Source: Octopus sinensis | Lineage: Eukaryota | DNA: 64,000 nucleotides | Direction: 5' to 3' | NCBI RefSeq assembly: GCF_006345805.1 | Contig: NC_043009.1 | Span: 32,922,001 to 32,986,000, forward strand | Part shown: positions 1-12,740 of the stretch, piece by piece | Layout of the letters: each line of letters starts with the position of its first letter | Numbering within the stretch: the stretch's first letter is position 1 | The notes under the pieces: model-generated | What the model was told of the DNA's origin: nothing | Databases searched by the model: none | The model's input: only the letters and a program-made list of their open reading frames with translations | Program-made: the position numbers and the translations under genes

Positions 1-90
1 CGAATCGCTTAGTTACGGGAACGTGAACACACCAGAATCGATTGTCAAGAGGTAGTGGGGAAAACACAGACACAAACACACACACGCACA
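1..90 (+). mobile_element. 3' part of SINE-like repeat (family B in this window), ending in CA/GATA microsatellite
   Basis: GCTTAGTTACGGGAACGTGAACACACCAGAATCGATTGTCAAG resembles 32450-32480 and 60690-60750; followed by a (CA)n tail. Confidence 0.6.
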
Positions 91-91
91 C

Positions 92-107
92 AGATAGACA
101 GACAGAC

Positions 108-162
<55 letters not shown>

Positions 163-172
163 CAGACAGACA
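92..172. repeat. (GACA)n/(GATA)n microsatellite
   Basis: Direct reading. Confidence 0.97.
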
Positions 173-282
173 TAGGACGAGCCTTTGTTTTGTTTCCATG
201 TACCAAATGTTCTCAAAAGTAGAAGACACCTACCTAAGGTGCCAGGTAGTGGAACTGAACCCGTACCACAAAGCTACGCCTA
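173..282 (-). mobile_element. degenerate SINE fragment (family C)
   Basis: GTAGAAGACACCTACCTAAGGTGCCAGGTAGTGGAACTGAACCC matches the better copy at 32585-32635. Confidence 0.65.
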
Positions 283-2719
283 AAGATGAAATATAACTGA
301 CTAACTTCCATACTCTTTTACTGCACCAATGCAGTAGTACTTGGGAATTAAATCGGTGTCAGAATCTCAATGCGTTTAACGGTCATTAATTAAGCCAAAG
401 GTAGGCATAAGTAAAACTTGATATAAAACTTGGTTTCAGAAATTCTTAATTTAGAATATCCGTTGCAACAATGGACCACATCACTAAACGCATTTATCTG
501 TTTCAGGCTGAGATGTAATCATTCTGGATTAGTAAATTCCCTTTCATTTCGTGGAGACCATTCAATCAGCGATAATTTTTTTTTTACCGAAATAGCCCTT
601 GTGCCTACATTCAGAAGTTTGCGCATTAAAATTATTAAAACAGAAAAAAAAATGCTATGATAGTGCCTATAAATATTTAGTACTTATTTACCTGATAAAG
701 AAGTTCATGGAGGTCAAGAAAATAGAGAGAACTAAGTTACATTATAATAACAACAACAATATAGTAAAACAACGATAATATTGATTATTTTAAGCCATTT
801 TTCAGGTTGTAGACAAGATATCAATATTTCAATAGAAATAAAATAACACGAATAAAACAGATTATTTCGGTGATTTTAATAATGATAATATTGGTTTCTT
901 TTTTCTGTTGCTGTTTCTAGGAGAACAAGCTATTTGAGATGTAATGAAAGTTTCCAAAATATAGTTCGTTTCTCTTTTCTTTTTTTTTTTTTCTAATTTT
1001 ATTGAAATAAACAAAAAATGTTGCATTATCTGAGCCTCACAGATAGAAAATGAGTGTCTATAAAAAGCTGTTAGTCACAACTTTTGAATTCGCTATTTTT
1101 TCTGACCAGGTTCTTTTCTGTAATTGGATAGACGTATCCCAGTTTGACAGAGGTGTGCGGCAGACGTGGAACTGAGTATGTTGGAAACTGGGGCGAAAGG
1201 ACGTTTTTCCACATAGGACGCGTATGATGTGATATTCTGTTCTCCTTCTTTGCAGGCGGCAGTGAACGACTTTATCACCCTAATAACAAAGTTAGTACTA
1301 CTGTTTGGACATTTAAATAGCAAGACATAGCAGCTAGGTATTCTTAAATGGACCTTCTTTTACTACAGAATGTACTTATTGAATTATGTAATCCTACACA
1401 TATCACTCGAAACACAGGATGGTCACTGATGGAAAGCTTTTGACAATAGGTCTGCATGAACAGGAATGAGATGGGCCTAAACAACAATGACACCCATGAT
1501 TATATATTCTTAACGAAGCAACATATAATGTATATCGAGGCAATCCTTCTTGTTATTCACGTTCTCTGATCAAATGTTGGCAAGATCAGTTTTACTGTTC
1601 GACATACCGGTGGTGTGGATAAATCTACGAAATTGGTAAAATGTGAACCATTTTAATTATTGATACACCGCAGTGTGTTGTTTTATATTTCACGAGAAGA
1701 ACAGAAGAGTCGATGAATATTCTTATGGTGTCTCGACACGCAATAGAAGAAGTGAACGGAGAAGGCAGTCATGGTTATGGTAGAATTAAACCGATTGTTG
1801 CATCAGGTTTACTAAGCAACAAGAGAACTTATTTCTCTGATCTTCCTTCCAGATTCTGTCTATGGAATTTTTCTACCAAACCAAGGGTATTGTACAACAT
1901 GTACTCTTAAAGTTGGCGTAGCGGAATACTACGTCCAGGAATCAACTTTGTAAGACGTTAACTGCTTAACTGCAATAAATGTTGCTAATATTAAATGAAA
2001 GTGTTCGACTAGAATCTTGCTTGGAATATAGTATTTGGTCATTTCTTCTCTTGATACTGCAGGAATAAAAATCACGTGGATCTCTGTATCATGTAAAAAA
2101 ACGTATGTAATTTGATTTGAATTCCAGTAATTCCTTTGGGAAAAGGTATAGATATAAGGCTCGCTGCCAATTCCAAATAAATCAATGCACAATAGGAAAG
2201 TAAAGCAAAACCAATAAAGCGAAAAACGAAATAGTCTTGAAGAACATGCGAAGATTCCATTAATTCTAGGAGAAGAATTAGTTGATATTTTAATGATAAC
2301 ACTTGAATATAATATTTTGTATCAGCTACCGAATCTTCAAGTAAAGAATTCAACTGTAACAACAAATTAAAAAAAAAAACCTTTAAAATTTAAATATCTC
2401 TTTATATTAGATTTTGTTGAGTTTTATTTTCTTGGAATAGCGAAAACAGAATAAATAGCAATACTGATATAGAATAATGGGTTAATGTTTTGTTGCAATA
2501 ATGGCTGGAATTAGACTTCACAGAACTAAAGATGTTGCATCAAAGGCAATAATCGCTACTTTATTCAGCATACAGCCATTCTTCTCATTCTTGACAATAT
2601 TACAATTCATATGGCCAGCTTATTATTGTTAATATCACATTTTGTTGTTTATATTACTGTTATTGCATATATTATTGTTATTATTGCAGGTATTAGCATG
2701 TTTTATACGCACATATATT

Positions 2720-2865
2720 ACACACACACAAACACACGCACGCACACACCCACACACACACACGCACACACACACACACATAAATACATATGCATGTAAT
2801 TTACTATTATTTTTATTCTTCTCCTCAATATTGTTGTTCTTATTGTTAATAATAATAATAATGAC

Positions 2866-2936
<71 letters not shown>

Positions 2937-2950
2937 CAATAGTAATAATA
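2720..2950. repeat. (CA)n and (AAT)n microsatellites
   Basis: Direct reading; source of the poly-I/poly-L ORFs at 2611-3117. Confidence 0.97.
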
Positions 2951-3289
2951 ATCACCATTGTAATCCTATTATATTTGTTGTTGAAATTGATACAGTTGTT
3001 GTTGTTGTGATTTTTCACAACTAATTTCAAGAATTTACAAACGCCAAATAAAGCATTAATGTTGTTTTCGCCATTCAACTTTGGTTGTTCGCAAAAATTT
3101 GCAGAGAATTTTCGCAAAAGATATTAATCTTTATGTTTGCTCATGTCGTTTGCTAGAGGATGTATTTAAGCATTAGGAACACAATGCAGTTTTAGTATCT
3201 CTGTTGTTAATGTGTTGATATTTACATTGCAGGTAGGAAATGATTTATCAATTACATATATCTGGTTTTTAGTCGTCAAATAAAAGGAA

Positions 3290-3800
3290 ACCGCAGTGGC
3301 TTAGTAGTTAAAGTGTTACACAGTTTCCTCTACGCGGTGGTTTCAAATCTGATTCTAGATCTGTTGCAGTGATTTATATAACTAGAGAGCTTACCTTCGG
3401 CCTTTTAATTGTTCTGGTCAATGAACTGTGGTCATGCTGAGTCAATACTTTGAAGTTTCAGTCGAACCAATTGACCCCCTTGCTTAATTTAAGTTTGGTA
3501 CGTATTCTTTGAGCTTACTTAGCTGAACCCCCGGGGTAACGGGTATGTTAACAAACGAATACTGGATGAGAAACGATAGGGAGCCAAACACAAACGTGTG
3601 TGCGTTGTGACGGGCTGTCATATATGTGTGTATGTGTGTGCGTGAGCGTGCGCGCGCGCGCGCGTGTGTGTCACTGGCAAGGCATAGATCAGCCGAGCCT
3701 ATAATATAAAACTCCCGAGTTGCCGTTAGGTGGGACTGAACACGAAACTATATGCTTGCAAAGCTAACTTCTGAACCACTCAGTCAAACCTGGACCTGTA
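3290..3800. mobile_element. degenerate SINE family B copy (+, ~3290-3600) and family C fragment (-, ~3665-3800)
   Basis: Similarity to 32335-32490 and 60590-60770 (GGTCATGCTG...AGTCGAACCAATTGACCCC) and to 32585-32640 (GGTGGGACTGAACACGAAAC). Confidence 0.55.
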
Positions 3801-3861
3801 AATCTTTATCACGTGATCAACAAGTCAAGCACCGTTTCGACAGCAGTTCGTCTAACTTTAA

Positions 3862-4078
3862 AATGTAGAGTTGAGGCACAACGCGGGAAGTTTTGAGGGG
3901 AGGATAGGCAAGTTCATTTCTTCGAGCAGAATACTTGGCTGTTACTAAATTTTATTAACCTTGAACGGATAAAAAGCAGCGTTAATCTTATCGGCATTTG
4001 TATACAGATGGAAAAGAATCGAAACAAATGCTGCCGGGCATGTTTCCGGCATTTCTACCGATTCTTCATTTCTAACAT
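3862..4078 (-). mobile_element. tRNA-derived SINE (family A), degenerate
   Basis: Reverse complement aligns with the head and body of the 4980 and 63766 copies (GAATCGGTAGAAATGCCGGAAAC...TTTTTATCCGTTCAAGGTTAATAAATTTAGTAAC). Confidence 0.6.
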
Positions 4079-4979
4079 TGACACACTATTAGATATTTTG
4101 GAAGGACACATAATCGATAGAATCGACTCTACACCATAAATACTTTAATCTATCGCTCCTGGCTGGATGAAATAGAAAGTTTGCCTGGGCTGCATAATAT
4201 TAGGGCAGGACAGAAAAGGCATTCAGTAAGACATTTTGTCTGATGCTATAAAACAAATCAAGTAAATGATCAAATCACCATTCAATATCAACTATTTTCT
4301 ATCTTCAATATGATAACCAGTTACACTTTTAACAATACCAATTTCATCATCATCAACATTATCATCATCACCAACATCATTATCATCAATATCTTTATCA
4401 CCATCGTCGCCATTTACGGCATAAAATGTTCAAGTCAATACGATTGATTTAATAAGCAAAACTAAAGAGGAGAATCCGAATATTTAAATTTTCGATCAAA
4501 ATCTTTGTTACCAATATTTTATCAATAAAACTTAATAGGGAATGAACCCTCCGGCTAAATATCTAGTGGTATGTACTTATGTATATGCATTTGTGTGTGC
4601 GCGCGTCTGTGTATTTATGTGTGTGTGTGTGTATTATGTATGTGTATATATACACACATACATACAAGCATACAAGCATACATACATACAGACATATAAC
4701 AGCTTTTCTTTCAGAAGTGTAGGCATGATGTATTACATTGACAAAATACCTGTTTTTATGTAGACGTTTTGAACAATATAGAAACGTTTACCTTACCGCA
4801 TCTCAACAAGTGTTGGTATAGTACTGAAAATTCTTTCTAGCTTTGTTAAGGAGTATATATTCCGTTTGTGTGACTAAATTTTAATCAAGTTGAAGTGACA
4901 TACACGAATATGGGCTCACAATTGTTGATCACGGCGAAGCGAAACGTAGGCTTTTGTTTTCCATGTAATCCTACAAAAA

Positions 4980-5170
4980 GGCGGCGAGCTGGAAGAATCG
5001 TTAGCACACCGAGTTGAATGCTTCACGACATTTTGTCTGTCTTTATGCTCTGAGTTCAAATTCTATCTTTCATCCTTTAGGTGTCGATAAACGAAGAACC
5101 AATCAAGTATTGGATGGATGTAATTGACTAGCCCCAAAATTTCAGGCCCTGCGCCTATAATAGAACTGAT
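4980..5170 (+). mobile_element. tRNA-derived SINE (family A)
   Basis: GGCGGCGAGCTGGAAGAATCGTTAGC head with A-box-like motif, B-box-like TGAGTTCAAATT, and body TTTCATCCTTTAGGTGTCGATAAA; homologous to 10488 and 63766. Confidence 0.8.
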
Positions 5171-7340
5171 TAATAATAGAAAATACCTAAAACTAGATAA
5201 AAGGTGATATTATTTATCACATCCTAGTGTTATCGATATTATAATCCCAAAAGCAGGCAGGTTTAATATAATTTTGTTTAGAATAGATTTCTATTTTTTC
5301 GAATGGCAACTGGGAGACGTTTACTATAAAACGCATTAAATGAGATTACAGACAGATACGAACGTCATTAATTCAAATATGCTTAATTTCAATTAGGATG
5401 TAAGTTTGTAAGAATAGCGACTGTGTCCGATTCCTTAAGTTGATGGTAGTAGACAAGTTTAACCGGCTTGTTACTTTTGCGTGGTTCGGTGATTGGCTGT
5501 TGACTGTCTATTTACTGCTTTGTGGGGGAGAATATCTGATATATTGTGCACAGGGAATTATATTGATACAGAGGCTGCTGGTGAACTTCATGGACACTTT
5601 GACAGCTAGTTAGCGTAAATGACATGCTGAGTAACATACTAAGTGTCTGGAACATAACTATCGCATGTTTTCGTGTGAATATGTATTTGGCTGTATTTGT
5701 TATGTCGTTATTTAAGCACAGGTTAGCAGCGAAAAACAGGCACTCTAGCCATTCCGTTTTAATTGAAACAGCTTAAGATTAAAATTTCCAATATATTTCC
5801 TATATTTTATTTTTAAGGGCGTTGGACTAAGGTACCAGAGAGACTTAGCTGCTATTCTTAGCCGATTAATCGTTGAAGCTACGTACCCCCTATCACAGAA
5901 TAGTGTGTGGGGAGGTTTCGTATTGACAAATAAAATGCTTTTTGACGTTTTCCGTTTTTTGACAATTATCTTTTCAAAGGTTAGTTCCATTCATTTTATT
6001 CAAAACGCAGGATCAACTTCGCTAAAAATGTAGATTATTTCCTTTAAAAGGGTGACAATAGACATTACTAATGTTTATGAGAGACTGACATTAAATGTTA
6101 AAATAACTAGTGACTTGACACTAAGTGACAATCAGTGACTATATATTACGTGAGAGATGATGTAGAGGTGATGGTGAAACTAATCCCTTTAAAAGCTTAA
6201 TAATTCTGGAAATATCTTCTTCCACGAGTATCCATTACCAATGTTATTATTTAATAATGTAGCGAAGAACGGAGTCATATTCTGGTGGTTCGCACAGCAT
6301 GAACAATATTTGATTTGCAAAGCGAAAAAGAACGTTTACTAAAATTGGTTGACTGCGATGGAGCGATGGTGTTTATACATGAAAACCACATACTTTTAAA
6401 GCAACAAGTGGTAAAAAATTGAACACTCCATCAATAAATTACACATCTGTTTTGGCTAGAAGGTAAAACACTTAAAACCTGACTAGAAGTTTAACAGTTG
6501 GAAATGACAATAAAACCGCATGAAAGATATTTCATTAACACGACCCATTAATCTTTGAAAAAGACCATGTTTTAGTACTCGGCTGCAGTCTGTTTAGAAA
6601 CTCTTCTTTCTACATCCATTGAAATCAAAATCCAAATGACCATTCATTAATTTCTTTAACTACCAACCCTGCCATAACGAAATCTATGATCAATATATAT
6701 TGTTGTTGTTTTTTCATTTTCTTTTTTGTTATTCACTGGATTTTTTTCTTTGATAATTTTCTGTAGAGTTTTCTTTTACGTAGTCTAGGTCATGCATGAT
6801 TTTAATTCCTTTCACTAAACAAACTTTGGCCTTTTTTTTTCCTTCCAATCTGACCATTTACAGAAAATAATAAATTTAAGAGGAAATAAATAGAAGAAAT
6901 GAGAATTAGAATTTTCATCTTTTCTGCCTATTTCCCCTCTCTACATCTTTCTCTTCGTGGCTACTACTACTACTGCCACTGCTACCATGGAATTTAGTTC
7001 TCATTTATTTGTTTGCCCTGTCATTGCAACAACATTTTTCGAAAAATCGTTTTTGCTTTTAGTTGATTTTTTATGAGATAGTAATACCTTTTTTTTTTAT
7101 CTTTACTAACAACTTTCTGCAACAAAATTCTGGAGATCAAAACTCTTTTACTCTTTGACACCTTTTCTGTATCAATCATTTTAACCTAAATTTCCTGCTG
7201 CTAACCAATGCTTTAGCGAGGAAATTTTAACTACCACCCACCATTCCAATTATTCATCTGCAACTGGGCAGGGGTCATACTAGAAATAAAACAAAACAAA
7301 CAGAAGACACATATATACACAAGTAAATACTAACAATTCG

Positions 7341-7365
7341 AATAATAATAATAATAATAATAATA

Positions 7366-7418
<53 letters not shown>
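7341..7418. repeat. (AAT)n microsatellite
   Basis: Direct reading. Confidence 0.97.
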
Positions 7419-7419
<1 letters not shown>

Positions 7420-9299
7420 GAGCAATAATAAAAACGGAGATGTCTAACATTTTTATGAGTTGTGCAAAGCAAAATATAAATTCTGTGCAAACCATAAAAA
7501 TAATCTGGATCTAAAAGATTTTAGACAGAAATATGGGAATAGGAAAAAGTGAGAGTGATAAAACAACATAAAAGTAATGAAAGTTTCATTAAATTTAGTC
7601 CTACTCAATGACAAGTGATCACTAATGATTATTTTAATTAGCAGTGGAATTAATGAAACATATTTGCTGTTCAAAAGTTGACGAAAATTAGCATCTTTAA
7701 TTTTTCTCAAATAACTGGTTTATTAGTGTTTTGCTAAAACAGCCTGACTTTTAGGAAAAAAATATGGTTACATGATGTGCATGCCTTTCTACTTCTATTA
7801 AACATGTGGAATTTTTTTAAGTGAAAACATTAATTTCAATCGGTAATCGAAACTAGTTAGTGAATCGACATCCAACTTATAGATTTCGTTTTGTATTATC
7901 AATGAAGTCTGTTTGGAGTCGATAAAAGAAGTATCAACTGAGCACTTAGGTTGATGTTATCGACTATCCTCTTGCCCGCCAAAACTTTTGTTTCTTGTGC
8001 CTACACAAGAGAACCTAGTAAAGAAGTCGAGGGATTAACAAAATCGTTCCAGCGTCGGATTAAATCCCTGGCGTCATTTCTCCCGACACTTTATGTTCTG
8101 AGTTCAAACACGTCGAGGGCTAGCTTTTCATTTCATGTAATTGTGCTCATGTAATTGCAAAATTCATTAAATATTTTGGCTAACGTACCCTAAAATCGAT
8201 ACAATTATTAGAAAAACTACAACACCCTCAATAATGATAATTTGTGGTCGCTTGAGCACCTCTTACTTGTAAAGGGACAGAGACATCGAATAATGTATTT
8301 GCAGATATCCTTAAAACACAAACAAGTCTAGTCTTCCCGATTGGGTAAACAAGAAAACAAAAAGAGATTCGACTACTTAGGCAATAGACTAGCATAAGAG
8401 TTGGTACATCGAACCGACAAGTATGGCCGTATTTCATGACAGTAACTTACCTTCTGAGTTCTAATCTCCTCGAAGTCATCTTTGCGATCCACACTTCCGA
8501 AAATCGATAAAGTACCACCAAGTGCTGGACAAATTTCTAATCAGGTAAAACACCTGAAATGCTAATCCAATAATAATACAAGGCAAGAGAACTACTTCGT
8601 TCTGGTTATTGTAGTTATAGGCGTTACACGAAATATTATAACGGAAACAAAATATTTGTTAAAAGTACGTAATTTACAGAGCTTCAATTTATTTATGTAG
8701 ACGGCAGAGAACATGTGAATAAATACAGTCCATTGGTAGATATGATCAAGACATTGAACAATGCACTAGCGTTGCGACAGTGTACGGAGCTCGGTCTTGA
8801 ACGTACGTTATAACAAATCGCATGTTGTAGAGAAAAGAAATGTTCGATTATGTTGTGCCGATTCCAATATTTCTCGCTTACATCTCAACCAATCTTGCTT
8901 CAGTTCCCTGTCTGACACCTATCAAAGGTGATGGCTTAGTGTACTTCTGGCAAATTTCGTAGGAGTGTTAGCAGATTAACAGTAGCATTAACAATAATAT
9001 AAATAGAACAGTTGTTCTAAAAGTAAACTTAAGCAACGTTTCCACAAGCCATCGCTGTATGGTTCGTGCCAAGACAGTTTCAATTGTTTTAAGAAGTATT
9101 AGTAACAAAGATAACAATATGTGAAATAGTGTCTATTTTTAGCGAAGCAAAATTCTTTAAACTGAAATGTATCAAATATCAGGCTCCAGAATGTTTCATC
9201 TTTTCGGAATGGTAAGTGCAGCATGCAGTAGTAGAGTTGATGATTATTCTCTACAATTTCATGATTATTGTTGCAGCACTGCTATCTTGTCTTTCTTGA

Positions 9300-10372
9300 A
9301 CTCAAAAATGAAAAACAACAAAGCACTTCTCAATTTTGCAGTTCTCCCTCCAGCTAAGTTTTATTATATTGATGTAACTACCCGTGCTCTTATACCTTTC
9401 TTCAACAAATGTCTTTATGGCTGCCCCAATTTCCAGCTTCATCCTGTGGCTTCTACTCACTGTTCCTCTTTTTAGAACCACTATACCACACTTTTCGATC
9501 CCGAATTACATCCTAACAATCTTGCTAACCATCTGAGCTGTGGACATCAAACTAGCAATCATTCTCTCATTCTTTTGAAAAAAACGTAGGTTAATTATAA
9601 CCAACATGTTATTTTTACATTGCCTAGAAAGTACCCTACGCACATCTTTAATTGTTCCAGATATCAGCTGATGATAAATAGAAGGGTAAATAGGTTGCCT
9701 CCTTGGAAAATTCCTCTTTACTATTTCCCTCTCTTAGCATCTCACCACACGCTGTGAGTTCAGTTCTCCAGGTTGCCATTTAGGTTTGCATGAACTTCAC
9801 ATTGTTATCATAGATGTTAAATAGACTTTCTTCGAGTCCACCCATGCCATGATCATATTTTTGTGTCTCTTCTTGCAGTCAGTCAAGACAGTCTTATCTA
9901 TTATCAATTGATCCTTAATCCCTCTGCTCTTGCCTCTACACTCTTTTTGTTTTGCTGCTCATTCTTTTCTAGATAACTGTAAATGCTGTTTGGGATAACG
10001 CTCATCATGAGATTTCCACATAAATGACAAACAAGATATTGGTTGAAAATTACCTACCACATTCCCTATATTTGGCTTTTACAGATATAATACCGATTTA
10101 CTCTTTGTCATCCTTGCCGACACCCGGATCCTATTGGTTATCATTTTGTCCATCTAGCTCACCCTTATTTTGCTTAGCACTGCTAGTTTCGTCAGACAAA
10201 ACACTAGATCCCCATCTAGACCAGGTGATTCCTATTTAAGTAATTTCTTGCACTGATTTCTAACCATTTACTAAGGGATTCACAAATTCTCCTCTTAATA
10301 CTCTTCCTTCTCCTCTTTGCGTTACCATAACCACTCCAGTTCAGTGCTTCTATTATTGTTGTTGTTGTTATC
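9300..10372 (-). mobile_element. R4/Dong-like non-LTR retrotransposon, decayed reverse-transcriptase region
   Basis: Minus-strand translation gives [37 protein letters not shown] (~9820-9935), KRGIFQGGNLFTLLF (~9680-9720) and FGIEKCGIVVLKRG (~9465-9506); many stops and frameshifts. Confidence 0.85.
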
Positions 10373-10389
10373 ATCATTATTGGTACAAC

Positions 10390-10426
10390 AACTACTATAC
10401 TACTACTATTACTACTACTACTACTG

Positions 10427-10485
<59 letters not shown>
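10390..10485. repeat. (TAC)n microsatellite
   Basis: Direct reading. Confidence 0.97.
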
Positions 10486-10486
<1 letters not shown>

Positions 10487-10487
10487 A

Positions 10488-10690
10488 GGCGGTGAACAGC
10501 AGAATCGTTAGAATGCCTGGCAAAAATGCTTAGCTGCATTTCGTCCATATTTATGATCTGAGTTCAATTTCCGTTGAGGTCGACTTTCACATTCATCCTT
10601 TCGGGCTCGAATAAAATAAACACCAGATAAGTACTGAAGCCGATGTAACAGACGTACCCCGAAATTGCTGGCCTTGTGCCAAAATCATAT
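10488..10690 (+). mobile_element. tRNA-derived SINE (family A)
   Basis: GGCGGTGAACAGCAGAATCGTTAG...TGAGTTCAATTTCCGTTGAGGTCGACTTT...CATCCTTTCGGG; homologous to 4980 and 63766. Confidence 0.8.
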
Positions 10691-10747
10691 TAATCTTATT
10701 ACATTTATAATAGCATTTAACCCAATGTTTCAAGCGATAATTATTAA

Positions 10748-11040
10748 GTGGATTGTGTAGTAATAAACCATAATAGCTCAGCTCTGGGGTAGCATATTTT
10801 AGAAAATCATAATGCAGAATGTAACATTGTTTCAGATATTGCTAGTAGTTACATCCAGAGACGCTTGATAGATGGCGCATTTATCAGGCAAAATGAGAAA
10901 GAAGCTTGGGGAAGGTTCGACAATGTATTATTTGAGTTAATGATGCGCATGGCGTATTTCAAATTGGAAGGCAATATTTCAGAGTAAAGCTTAATGCCAT
11001 TGGGAGAATTTGGTAGGAAGATGAGAATGATGCATGCATT
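10748..11040 (+). mobile_element. possible decayed Penelope-like GIY-YIG endonuclease C-terminus (alternative: host exon 10836-10983)
   Basis: One frame reads SSALG*HILENHNAECNIVSDIASSYIQRRLIDGAFIRQNEKEAWGRFDNVLFELMMRM..., resembling by eye the SA(L/I)xxH...RRxIxEAxxI pattern of PLE endonucleases. Confidence 0.3.
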
Positions 11041-11046
11041 TAAGGC

Positions 11047-11065
11047 ATACAAATATATATGCGCG

Positions 11066-11115
<50 letters not shown>

Positions 11116-11122
11116 ATATAAT

Positions 11123-11154
<32 letters not shown>

Positions 11155-11195
11155 CACAATATATATATATACATATACATATATATATATACATA

Positions 11196-11249
<54 letters not shown>

Positions 11250-11347
11250 TACGCATATATGTTTGTACTTATACATATGCATATATATATGTATACACAT
11301 ATATATACACATATACATACATTTATAACATATTATAAATATATATG

Positions 11348-11406
<59 letters not shown>

Positions 11407-11515
11407 ATATATATATATACATGCATATATACATATACATATATACATAAAAATATGTAAGTATGATTGCACGTATATATGTATCTGATTCATATATATG
11501 TGTGTGTGTGTGTGT
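11047..11515. repeat. long interrupted (TA)n/(CA)n microsatellite field
   Basis: Direct reading. Confidence 0.97.
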
Positions 11516-11727
11516 AGTCATGTTATATATTGCAGGGGTTTATTTAGATTGTCCAACCTCAGGAAAGGAATCCCATCATTTCTTTATTGACCTATTTTCC
11601 ATAACAGCGAATCTATTTGTCAGGCACTTTTACCATTATTTGGTTGTTGTTGATTTTTTTTGTCACTGGGCTTACCATATAAATTAGATTTCGTAACGCA
11701 TGCATAAAGACATAGTTGGATAATAAT

Positions 11728-11808
11728 TATAGCAGCAGCAGCGGTAGCAGTGGTGGTAGTAGTAGTAGTAGTAGTATTAGTAGTAGTAGTAGTAGTAGTA
11801 GTAGTAGC

Positions 11809-11843
<35 letters not shown>

Positions 11844-11934
11844 CGGTGGTGGTGCTGTAGGTGCTGGTGATAATATCGGAGATGTTGGTGGATTTAGTGA
11901 TGATGATGGTGATGATGATGGTGATGATGATGAT
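11728..11934. repeat. (AGT)n/(GGT)n/(GAT)n compound microsatellite
   Basis: Direct reading; source of the poly-S ORF. Confidence 0.95.
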
Positions 11935-12740
11935 TTATTTCATTTGCCATAAGGGGCGGGGTTGATGCTGGTGGGCATCACAAGGACAGTCTATAATTTG
12001 TGTTGGGGTTTACATAAAAGATGTGCAGGGAAGAAACGGGAAAGACACTAAAGCGTCATAAGAGTGAGTATGCGTAGTATACAAAGTATGTGGGGATATC
12101 AAATGCTGATATCTCCACATACAGAATGAAGTCTAAGTAGGGCCATTCAAAGAACCCCAAACATCCAGGATTACCCTAACCATCAAAGCACGAGTATTCA
12201 CCCAAAAGTTGTTCACCAATCGAAAAGCGCACGCTTAGAACAGGTCCATTCACCTAATACTTTCTTGCTACATCACCCAATTTTCGACAAAGAGAGACGT
12301 GACATTTCGCACTTCACCTTCAATTTCTTTTCCAAGTGGAACTTAAATGTCTGTGAGGGTTTTATTGAAGAGAAGGGTGTTTCCCTCAATCCTTTCAGCC
12401 TCGTCCACCACTGAACAGAGAACGACAGCCTACAAACAATCCTGTTTGGAATTTTAAGAATTATTTTTCGAATAAACGCAGAAAATATTATATGAATAAA
12501 GAATGTGTATGGGAAGGTCGTAGAAAAGGATCGCAAGCCGTTTTCTTCAAGTCGAACCAACTGGCAGAAGGCCTGGGAGTTGACCAAAAATGAAATGGTT
12601 TGGTAACATGCGGAGTCTCTCTGTTGGCCACGCTTTGGAATCGAATAAGCATGTATAATGTGTATAATGACAGTTGCTTCTGATGGAAGATTATGGATGC
12701 GGAGCCTGAGAAGTCAAGGCTCTCGACCCTCCATGAAATA
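11935..12740 (-). mobile_element. L1/Tx1-like LINE 3' fragment (ORF2 C-terminus and 3' UTR)
   Basis: Minus translation VQWWTRLKGLRETPFSSIKPSQTFKFHLEKKLKV shares the FKFHL motif with the copy at 48540-48680; 3' end ...TGGCAAATGAAATAAAT runs into (CAT)n, like ...TGGCTAATAAAGAAAT at 48915. Confidence 0.7.

Noticed and set aside
2611-3117. Long ORFs rich in I/L/Y/H/T/C/V (also 11034-11450, 24339-24923, 38172-38663, 62280-62915 and similar)
   Set aside because: Translations of (TA)n, (CA)n and (AAT)n microsatellites; no coding signal.
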